Assembly (NCBI GenBank): GCA_029977385.1
Contig: JAPOKZ010000001.1
Span: forward strand, 22,741 to 86,740
DNA from: Methanobacteriota archaeon
GTDB taxonomy: Archaea > Thermoplasmatota > Poseidoniia > Poseidoniales > Thalassarchaeaceae
Direction: 5' to 3'
DNA length: 64,000 bases
Shown: positions 28,421 to 36,149 of the stretch, one piece after another
Numbering within the stretch: position 1 is the stretch's first letter
How the letters are laid out: every line of letters begins with the position of its first letter
Made by a program: the position numbers and the translations under genes
Notes under the pieces: generated by a model
The model's input: only the letters and a program-made list of their open reading frames with translations
Databases searched by the model: none
Told to the model about the DNA's origin: nothing

Positions 28421-28981
28421 TCAATAGAATGGATTAGTACCAGCATCATGGTCTGTCAAATCGACAACTGCCGTGATTTCGGGAACTCCCTCGGTAATCA
28501 TTACCTCAATCCCCTCCTTCAGGGTTACATCCACCATGCCGCAGCCCTGGCAACCCCCTCCAAAGGAAATCATAGCCTTACCATCATCAACACCTACGAG
28601 ATCAACGTGACCACCATGAGACGCGACGAGTGGATTCACCTTACTTTCTATTACCTCTGCAACTGACTTGGAGACGTCATCTATCCAGAGTGGATTCGGG
28701 TTCTCGAAACTGAAACCCCCTCCCATTAGTGTCTCTTTATAGTCCAGAATTGTCCCGTCCAGATAAGGAGCGCTCCTAGACCCTACGAAGACTACTAGAC
28801 CATCTACTTCCGTTTCGAGGTCATCATCCAATGCATCATCTCTTCCTATGAGTTGCAAGTCATACTGAAAGCCCTTGGGGCCTCTACCAAGTATCACGAT
28901 CTTCAGAGCAACTTCGTCATCGTCAGCCTGTTCAGCGAACTTGTCCAGCATCTCCCTGGCCTTCTCAGTAATGCGTAGCAT
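28421..28981 (-). CDS. nfuA: NfuA-like Fe-S carrier (degenerate A-type carrier domain plus Nfu domain)
   Basis: ITEKA...LDY..TLMGGGFSFENPN, then VNPLVASHGG...GGGCQGCGMVDVTLKEGIE...DLTDHDAGTNPFY. Start ATG 28981. Confidence 0.9.
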   Translation of the reverse strand: MLRITEKAREMLDKFAEQADDDEVALKIVILGRGPKGFQYDLQLIGRDDALDDDLETEVDGLVVFVGSRSAPYLDGTILDYKETLMGGGFSFENPNPLWIDDVSKSVAEVIESKVNPLVASHGGHVDLVGVDDGKAMISFGGGCQGCGMVDVTLKEGIEVMITEGVPEITAVVDLTDHDAGTNPFY

Positions 28982-29061
28982 TGTATGTTGCAGGAAACCC
29001 TCATTCTTCAACCTGTTCTTCATTCAGACAAACTATTCACCTGACACCCAACCCAGGGCAT

Positions 29062-30060
29062 GTGACGCTAGACGAACTGGGCAGACCTCTGAGAGATCTC
29101 AGAGTCTCGGTTACAGATAGGTGCAACTTCAGATGTAGGTACTGCATGCCCAGGGAGGAATTTGGCAAGGGTCACAACTTCCTCCCAAAGAATGAGATTC
29201 TGACCTATGAAGAGATTAGCAACTTCGTCAGAGCCTGCAAACCCCTGGGACTAAGAAAGGTAAGGATCACCGGTGGTGAACCGCTACTAAGGCAGGATAT
29301 CCACCATCTGGTCAGACAACTATCATCCATGGAAGTGGAGGTAGCACTCACGACAAACGGATCACTTCTGGAAAAGAATGCAGTTTATCTAGCAGAATCA
29401 GGGCTCTCAAGGGTCACAATCAGCCTAGATGCAATAGACCAAGATGTACATTCCAGTATTACCGACTCCAAAGTCCCCGTTACAGATATCCTAGACGGAA
29501 TCTCCGCAGCAGTCAGATACGAACTGGGGCCTGTAAAGGTGAACTGCGTAGTACAACGGGGGGTGAACGAGGATCAGATTCCCAAGCTAGTCAGAAAATT
29601 CAGGGGGACTGGAGTCATTGTGCGATTCATCGAGTTCATGGATGTGGGTAACACAAATGGATGGACACAGGGCCAAGTCGTACCCACTTCCGAGATCATC
29701 GACTTCCTTTCGAGTGAATTCGACCTTACCCCTTTAGCGAGGCAATCCACTAGCGATGTGGCCACTAGATGGGCTCACTCAGACGGGTCAGGAGAGATCG
29801 GATTCATTTCCTCCGTTTCACAACCATTCTGCGGAGATTGCGTAAGAGCAAGGCTGTCTTCGGATGGCAAGTTTTTCACCTGCCTTTTCACAACCACTGG
29901 ACACGACATGTCAGCGTTAATCAGGTCTGACAGAGGAATGGCGGATCTATCTCATTCGGTCGAAGAAGTATGGTCTGCCAGGAAAGACAGATACAGTGAG
30001 GTGCGCTCCTCAAGCGCAATCTCCCTGCCCAGGGTAGAGATGTCCTACATCGGCGGTTGA
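29062..30060 (+). CDS. moaA: GTP 3',8-cyclase (molybdopterin biosynthesis, radical SAM)
   Basis: LRVSVTDRCNFRCRYC, RITGGEP, TTNG, RFIEFMDVG, FCGDC.R.RLSSDG...CLF, C-terminal IGG. Likely GTG start 29062. Confidence 0.96.
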   Translation: MTLDELGRPLRDLRVSVTDRCNFRCRYCMPREEFGKGHNFLPKNEILTYEEISNFVRACKPLGLRKVRITGGEPLLRQDIHHLVRQLSSMEVEVALTTNGSLLEKNAVYLAESGLSRVTISLDAIDQDVHSSITDSKVPVTDILDGISAAVRYELGPVKVNCVVQRGVNEDQIPKLVRKFRGTGVIVRFIEFMDVGNTNGWTQGQVVPTSEIIDFLSSEFDLTPLARQSTSDVATRWAHSDGSGEIGFISSVSQPFCGDCVRARLSSDGKFFTCLFTTTGHDMSALIRSDRGMADLSHSVEEVWSARKDRYSEVRSSSAISLPRVEMSYIGG

Positions 30061-31361
30061 AACGACATAGCGGCCTCGACCACAGCATCCCAGGGAGCAG
30101 TGGTCCTGAAAGATGGCTTTCCATAACCGGAAATCGCGGCCAGTTGACCATTCTGCCTAAGTGCCTCAACAATCTTTCGTGGACTAGGAGGAGCACCGGT
30201 TCCAAGCCATGCAGCCAGATCATCCACAACCACCAAGTTACTGGAGTCAATCACCTGGGACTCCTCTGCTAGGTGTCTGACACTTTTGGTAACCTTCCTC
30301 CTCTCAGCCTCGTACCTCTTCTGACTCCAACCTACTGGATCATCGGAGATGAAGGCAGGCCCGCAGCTCTCCAGTGCTCGTTCCTCAGACATTGAAGACA
30401 TAGCCTCCCTATCGCCAGTGGGGCCTATCCACAGAGGTCCTGATACTCGGGGGTCCTCCCTATCCACTGGGAAGTTCAGTGGAAGCATGCAGTACATTGG
30501 AAGAACATCTCCACCACTGTCTACTTGTAACCCAGAACCAATTGAAGCAAAAACCTCCTCTTTGCTGGGGGCGAACACCCTCCATCCAATTCTCTCCTCC
30601 AGTATATTAGCCGAAGAAACACTCTTCATGACCCTGAATGACACTCTAAGGTGATGAGAGTCCCAAATCGAAAGAAGTGGTTCTATCGCTCTATCGTGCC
30701 TGGCAGCTATTCTGGAGATATTTGACAGCATAACCCTCATCCCAGAATCATGAGCAAGACAATCGGTCCTAACCCTGGCACCATACCTCCTCATTAGAGC
30801 GGTTTTGGAGGAGCCAGTCAAAGCAGCTGTATCCGTCGCGCTGACTTCCATCACCCCACTCCTAGCCATGGATTGCATAGCCGAGTCAATGAATGGAACT
30901 GGAGAACCATATGGGTCGATGTCAATCCAGTGCCTACCACTGCTGAGAACTGCTGTTCTCAGGTCTCCTTGGAATGTTTGCAATCCACCCACTCCCTCTG
31001 GTGGAGGGAACTCCATCTGCGATGATCTAGCCCATTCAAGTGCCTCTTCCTCCAAATCAACTATTGTTGCTGATATTCTAGACGATATCTCTAATGGCAA
31101 CTCATTCAGCCATCTCCTGGCTCTAAGACCTGAGGCGGTTAGCCCATCGAGAGCGTATACGGTACCATCTCCAAGCATTCCTTCCTCCATAGCATGCCTA
31201 AACAGCAGAACGCTTCGAGTCCTACTTCCAGCCATTGCAGGGTTGTAGAAAACCTCTCCAGAAGACTTTGCAGAGGGCCCCTGTACATCCTCGGGTAGAT
31301 GGGGCAAGAGCATCAGCGTCCTTCCCTCACGATGAGGCACGGCTCGCTCGCCTTCAGACAT
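30045..31361 (-). CDS. trm1: tRNA (guanine-26-N2)-dimethyltransferase
   Basis: VFYNPAMAGSR, DGLTASGLRARR, IDIDPYGSP..FIDSA, VSATDTAAL, RRYG, GPLWIG, FRTTAP. Start uncertain (31361 or 31385). Confidence 0.9.
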   Translation of the reverse strand: MSEGERAVPHREGRTLMLLPHLPEDVQGPSAKSSGEVFYNPAMAGSRTRSVLLFRHAMEEGMLGDGTVYALDGLTASGLRARRWLNELPLEISSRISATIVDLEEEALEWARSSQMEFPPPEGVGGLQTFQGDLRTAVLSSGRHWIDIDPYGSPVPFIDSAMQSMARSGVMEVSATDTAALTGSSKTALMRRYGARVRTDCLAHDSGMRVMLSNISRIAARHDRAIEPLLSIWDSHHLRVSFRVMKSVSSANILEERIGWRVFAPSKEEVFASIGSGLQVDSGGDVLPMYCMLPLNFPVDREDPRVSGPLWIGPTGDREAMSSMSEERALESCGPAFISDDPVGWSQKRYEAERRKVTKSVRHLAEESQVIDSSNLVVVDDLAAWLGTGAPPSPRKIVEALRQNGQLAAISGYGKPSFRTTAPWDAVVEAAMSFQPPM

Positions 31362-31401
31362 GGCTCCCGCAGGGCAACCCGACAAAAGGAATTACCAATG
31401 A

Positions 31402-32523
31402 TTAGTAGTGAGAGAATACGACTTCTGGATCGGAATGAGTAACCTTTCCACCATTATCGACTACTCTACCGACAATCCTACTTCCTGGAAGCCTTTCACT
31501 CAGCCACCTCTCAGTCGAATCAGCGGAGACTTCTGATACCGCCACCACCATACCCATCCCCATATTGAAGGTCCTGTGCATCTCAAGTGAGCTAACGGAT
31601 CCGATTTCAGATATCCACTCAAACTCTGGCTGTGGGGCTAGAGGCATCCCTATTTCCCAACCCAGAGTAGTGTGAAGACGGAGCAAGTTCGACAAACCTC
31701 CACCCGTGATATGAGCAATTGCCTTAATGCAACCCGGACTCAGCACTCCCCCCTCTGTCCTCGATTCCATCACCAATTCAACAACCGGGTCAACGTAGAT
31801 CCTTGTGGGGTTCAGAATTACCTCAGCAAGTGTGATGACTCCCTCAATTTCGGAGAACCTACTTATTTCTCTGGAATCATGGCTAGGATCGAACGGACAC
31901 GCATCCTCCAATGAGCAGCCAGACCTCTCAATCACCGCTCTGACAAGTGTGAAACCATTGGAGTGAATCCCACTGCTAGGAAGGCCAATCAGCACATCTC
32001 CTTCCTCAAGGCTCTCTCCTGTGATCCCCCCTCCCTTTGGAAACCATCCTAGAGCAGTCCCAGACAGGTCTAGCTCCTTCACAATCCCTGGAAGCGTAGC
32101 CGTCTCCCCTCCCGCCAATGTTACTCTGGCTGTATTGCATGCATGGGAAAGAGACTTGCCCAAAGATGCGTGAACCAACGGATTCGCCTCAGGAACCGCG
32201 ATGTAATCTACGAATGCAATAGGCTCAGCACCAACACAGATTAGATCATTCACGTTCATAGCAACGCAATCAAAGCCCACTCCACCCAATTGTTCGACAC
32301 TGCTCGCTATTTGCAATTTGGAACCAACACCATCGGTCGCTAGTACGAGACAAGAGTCTCCGAATTCGACTATCCCCCCGAATCCCCCTGGGAGATGAAC
32401 TGGAGCACCAATCTCTCCTGGAGCTCTGCTAGAAGAGGCCAACGAACCAATTAGACTAGCTACTGCTTTAGCTTCCAAATCTATGTCTACTCCGCTCGAT
32501 GCGTAGTCCATTGGCTCGTCCAT
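31402..32523 (-). CDS. purM: Phosphoribosylformylglycinamidine cyclo-ligase (AIR synthetase)
   Basis: YASSGVDI, TDGVGSK, DCVAMNVNDL...GAEP..F.DY, GGETA, SSGIHSNGFTL, HITGGG, TFNMGMG. Confidence 0.96.
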   Translation of the reverse strand: MDEPMDYASSGVDIDLEAKAVASLIGSLASSSRAPGEIGAPVHLPGGFGGIVEFGDSCLVLATDGVGSKLQIASSVEQLGGVGFDCVAMNVNDLICVGAEPIAFVDYIAVPEANPLVHASLGKSLSHACNTARVTLAGGETATLPGIVKELDLSGTALGWFPKGGGITGESLEEGDVLIGLPSSGIHSNGFTLVRAVIERSGCSLEDACPFDPSHDSREISRFSEIEGVITLAEVILNPTRIYVDPVVELVMESRTEGGVLSPGCIKAIAHITGGGLSNLLRLHTTLGWEIGMPLAPQPEFEWISEIGSVSSLEMHRTFNMGMGMVVAVSEVSADSTERWLSERLPGSRIVGRVVDNGGKVTHSDPEVVFSHY

Positions 32524-32574
32524 GGCAACCCGCACAAAACCAAGAACTTCATTCTCTCGGAAGGATAACCTCAT

Positions 32575-32702
32575 TCATACAAAATAATACTGAGAAAAAA
32601 ACCTTGTTTTTCGGCCAATAGGGGTCTTTTTTTGGCCCTGCTTATAAAGATAATAATCAATAATCTCTATATGTAAAAGGTATCTCGGGCGGCACGGATA
32701 GT
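32575..32702. promoter_or_regulatory. AT-rich divergent promoter region purM / solute-binding protein
   Basis: Very AT-rich; canonical TATA-like TTATAAAG at 32642; short inverted repeats GAAAAA/TTTTTC (32594-32612) and GGCCAA/TTGGCC (32613-32637). Confidence 0.55.
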
Positions 32703-35700
32703 GTGAATACTATGTATAATAAGAAAATGATAGCAATGATGCTTACCCTGAGCATGCTAGCGGCTAGTCTCGCTGGATGTGCAGGGGGGGACGATGACGA
32801 CGACACGTCAGAGTGGGCCATTTCGATGGCTAGCGACGTGGAGGCAGTCTGGGTGGAGTCCGGATGGGACCCCATCATACCCAACCTGAATGACGGCCAG
32901 ATGTGCGACGTAATCATCTCGGCGATGACCAAGACTGAGGCGCGCGACCAAGTCGTCGACTTCACCAGGGCTTACTACACAAGCAGCCAGGGTGTGATCG
33001 GCGGATCAGGTGCAGCATCCATCACATCGGTGTCTGACCTAAACGCAGCAGGAACGACCATCGGTGTCCAGTCAGGGACAACCTCGGACCTGTACGCCAA
33101 CGATAACCTCGCTATGGCCACAATCAGTGCATACGAGGACTTCCCATCGGTCATCTCCGCTCTGAACAACGGAGACGTCATGTACGCAATGGGCGACGCA
33201 CCCGTTCTCTCTCTGGAGGGCACCCTGATGGTGACCTTCTCCGACGAGAACTTCGGGTTCGCAGTCCGCGAGGACTCTGGGGAACTCCTAGATGCCCTCA
33301 ACATGGCAATTGGCGCCGTAGTCGACTCTGGCGAGTACGACACAATCTACGGGGCTTCCTTCGATGGAGCAGTAACCCTAGCAGATGACACAACCGCTGA
33401 CACGGCAACGGCTTACCCAGCCTCGCCCAGCGAGGGGTCAACCCTGACAGGGGTTCTGGAGTCCGGGCAGCTGAAGATCTGCACCGACCCGTTCTACCCT
33501 CCATTCGAGAGCTACGACGCAGACAACAACGTCGTCGGCTTCGATGCAGACATGGCACACGCCGTGGTAGACGAGATCGCAGCCCACTACATGGGAACAG
33601 CGAACCCAGTCTTCGCCGCTCCTAAGACGGTAATCAAGCTCGGCGTCCTCTACGACAACGAAGCCGATCTAGCAAACTTCGCCCCCGGGTTCAACTTCGC
33701 AAGGGATACGGCGTTCGCAGACCTCAACGCCAACAACCCAAGCTACGACTTCCAAATGGTCTACGCAAGCACCGCTTGCAATGAGGCTGGCGGTCAGACA
33801 GCTGCGCAGGCAGTCAAGGACGCAGGCGTCGTCGGTGTCGCAGGGGCAGCATGCTCCGGAGCATCAATGGGTGCCAACTCCATACTGAAGGAGGCAGGGA
33901 TACCAATGATCTCCTTTGCGAGCACATCCCCGGCACTAAGCGATGCGGCTTCGTACGCTCACTTCTACAGGGTAGTACCAAGCGACTCATTCCAGGGTGA
34001 TGCATTGGCAGACGTAATCTCGGCTGCTGGTCACAGGAACACTGCAATCCTCTCGATGACGAACGCGTATGGTGCAGGCGTCGGTGACGCCTTCGCAGCG
34101 GCATTCAACGCGAAGGATGGGCACCAGGTCTGCACTAGATACGCCTACGACCCCGCTGCTCTCACCGCCTCCGTTGTCGGTGACGCGATCGCAGCAGTAG
34201 CCGTAGGAGACGCCGATGGAAACCCATGCGACTCCGTACTAGTGGCATCTTACTCCCCAGACGGCGCGCAGATGGTAGGCGGACTGAGGCTTACAGGCAG
34301 CATGATACCTGCTTTCGGACCAGATGGAATGGCAGGCTCCTCAGTGCTAGACGCATTCGGATCCGACACCATCGCTTCCAATGGAATCGTCGCCACTAAG
34401 CCGGGCGGAACCGGAGTGAGCACCGGAGACTTCCCACAAAGGTGCCTAGACAACGCTGATTGCGCATCTGGGATTTTCACCTCAGAGCTGTACGACGCAG
34501 TAATGATGCTAGGGGAAGCCGCAATGATGGATGATGGTGCCGATATGGGCATGCATGTCCCAATGGTTGGCGCAGGAGACGGATACGCAGGTGCCTCGGG
34601 CACCCACGTCTTCTCCTCCAACGGTGACGTGCCTGGTGAGGCGTACAACTACAACGTGTGCACCTTCCACCACGTTCCTACCTACGGCGATTACTTCAAC
34701 TGCGACAGGCAGTGGACAGTAGCCGATGGTCTTGAGGACGTGGAATTCACTGGAACGACTGTGAAGATCGGATTCATGGGCGACATCACAAGCCCTGCCA
34801 TCGCAGATCTTTGGGCATCCTTCGCTGTCTCGTACGGGATAGCCGAGACACTAGCCAACTACATTGCCTACAACCAGGGAGTGCAGTTCCAGTTCATTCC
34901 AGCGGACTCGGCTTGCGGTGATCCAAACATCGTAACGGCAAGCGCTCAAGCCCTAGTGGCTGCAGGCGTATGGGGTGTTGTCGGAGCAGCCTGCTCCGGA
35001 GCATCAACAGCCGCTAACGCAGTCTTCAAGGAGGCAGGAATACCAATGATCTCCTACGCGAGCACCGCATCGGTACTGAGCGACGACGCTGCTCACCCTC
35101 TCTTCTGGAGAGTGGTGTCAAGCGATATCGAGCAGTCCGCCGCTCTTGCTGATGTTGTGGATGCAAACGGAGACGGTGGCAGCATCGCTATCCTCCTTGC
35201 ACAGGACGTGTACACCGCTGGCATCGCATCAGGTTTCAGAGCAGCATTGGAGGCCAAGGGCCACACCATCTGTACTGAGGTGACGTACGACAGGACTACG
35301 GCTGGGTCCACGACCTACCAAGATCTCGTTAATACCGTGCAGACCGATAACTGTGGTGCTGTGGCTGTGTTCGCATACAACGCAGATGGCGCTGGGATCC
35401 TCGAGGAGCTAGCTACCCAAGGGTTCACTGGACAGGTATACGGAAGCGACGGAATAGCCTCGGTCACTGTGGCTGACTCCATGGGCTCGGACAAGACTCC
35501 GATCCACGGTGTGATTGCTACCAACCCGGGAGCACCAGATTGGATTGTCGGACCAGATGCCAACGCAGTGCAGGAGGTTTTCCCACTGCTTTGGTCCCAG
35601 TTCGCCTTCGCAGACGTATGTAACCTAGACATACGCGGAGCTGAAGGAGGAGGACCCGACGGAATTAGCGATTACACACTAGTTGCCGTCCTAGAGCAGG

Positions 35701-36044
35701 CAGGAATTACCTGCCCAGCAGAAAACCTGACTACAGGCGCATCGGTCCCCAAGGGACAGTTCGCCGAGTCCGCCTTCGACGCATCTGTGATAATGGGGCT
35801 CTCTGCTTTCGCTTTCCTAGCGGCAGCAGGCACCGACGCACCGATCACAGCGGCACAGGCGATTCAGGTCACTGGACAAGGCTTCAATGGAGCCTCCGGC
35901 ACCATGTCGTTCATGGCTAACGGAGATGTTGCTGGTACAGGGTACTGCATCGGAACCTTCGATGTTGCCTCAGACGGCACGGTCAGCTTCAACTGCTCTC
36001 AGGCTTGGGTTGATGGGGTAATCTCCGATCAGCCTGCTGAGTAA
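32703..36044 (+). CDS. Multi-domain ABC solute-binding lipoprotein: circularly permuted type-2 (SBP_bac_3) domain plus two type-1 (LivJ/ANF-receptor-like) domains
   Basis: Lipobox SLAGC; WDPIIPNL..G..DVIISAMT.TEARD..VDF, GVQSGTT, FGFAVR, then GQLKICTDPFYPPFE...VVGFD; two copies of GAACSGAS...IPMIS(F/Y)AST..LSD...F.RVV.SD..Q. Confidence 0.92.
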   Translation: MNTMYNKKMIAMMLTLSMLAASLAGCAGGDDDDDTSEWAISMASDVEAVWVESGWDPIIPNLNDGQMCDVIISAMTKTEARDQVVDFTRAYYTSSQGVIGGSGAASITSVSDLNAAGTTIGVQSGTTSDLYANDNLAMATISAYEDFPSVISALNNGDVMYAMGDAPVLSLEGTLMVTFSDENFGFAVREDSGELLDALNMAIGAVVDSGEYDTIYGASFDGAVTLADDTTADTATAYPASPSEGSTLTGVLESGQLKICTDPFYPPFESYDADNNVVGFDADMAHAVVDEIAAHYMGTANPVFAAPKTVIKLGVLYDNEADLANFAPGFNFARDTAFADLNANNPSYDFQMVYASTACNEAGGQTAAQAVKDAGVVGVAGAACSGASMGANSILKEAGIPMISFASTSPALSDAASYAHFYRVVPSDSFQGDALADVISAAGHRNTAILSMTNAYGAGVGDAFAAAFNAKDGHQVCTRYAYDPAALTASVVGDAIAAVAVGDADGNPCDSVLVASYSPDGAQMVGGLRLTGSMIPAFGPDGMAGSSVLDAFGSDTIASNGIVATKPGGTGVSTGDFPQRCLDNADCASGIFTSELYDAVMMLGEAAMMDDGADMGMHVPMVGAGDGYAGASGTHVFSSNGDVPGEAYNYNVCTFHHVPTYGDYFNCDRQWTVADGLEDVEFTGTTVKIGFMGDITSPAIADLWASFAVSYGIAETLANYIAYNQGVQFQFIPADSACGDPNIVTASAQALVAAGVWGVVGAACSGASTAANAVFKEAGIPMISYASTASVLSDDAAHPLFWRVVSSDIEQSAALADVVDANGDGGSIAILLAQDVYTAGIASGFRAALEAKGHTICTEVTYDRTTAGSTTYQDLVNTVQTDNCGAVAVFAYNADGAGILEELATQGFTGQVYGSDGIASVTVADSMGSDKTPIHGVIATNPGAPDWIVGPDANAVQEVFPLLWSQFAFADVCNLDIRGAEGGGPDGISDYTLVAVLEQAGITCPAENLTTGASVPKGQFAESAFDASVIMGLSAFAFLAAAGTDAPITAAQAIQVTGQGFNGASGTMSFMANGDVAGTGYCIGTFDVASDGTVSFNCSQAWVDGVISDQPAE

Positions 36045-36073
36045 GCTAAGAACTGAAAACAGGGATACGTAAA

Positions 36074-36105
36074 GCAGTGCGGCGGGATTATTCCCGCCGC
36101 ACTGC
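36074..36105 (+). terminator. 14-bp GC-rich hairpin between SBP and permease genes (partial terminator or mRNA stabiliser)
   Basis: GCAGTGCGGCGGGA-TTAT-TCCCGCCGCACTGC perfect inverted repeat 30 nt after the SBP stop. Confidence 0.75.
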
Positions 36106-36149
36106 CCCAACTCAACTTTAATGCAACATAACCTGCTCACGGTCTTGTT

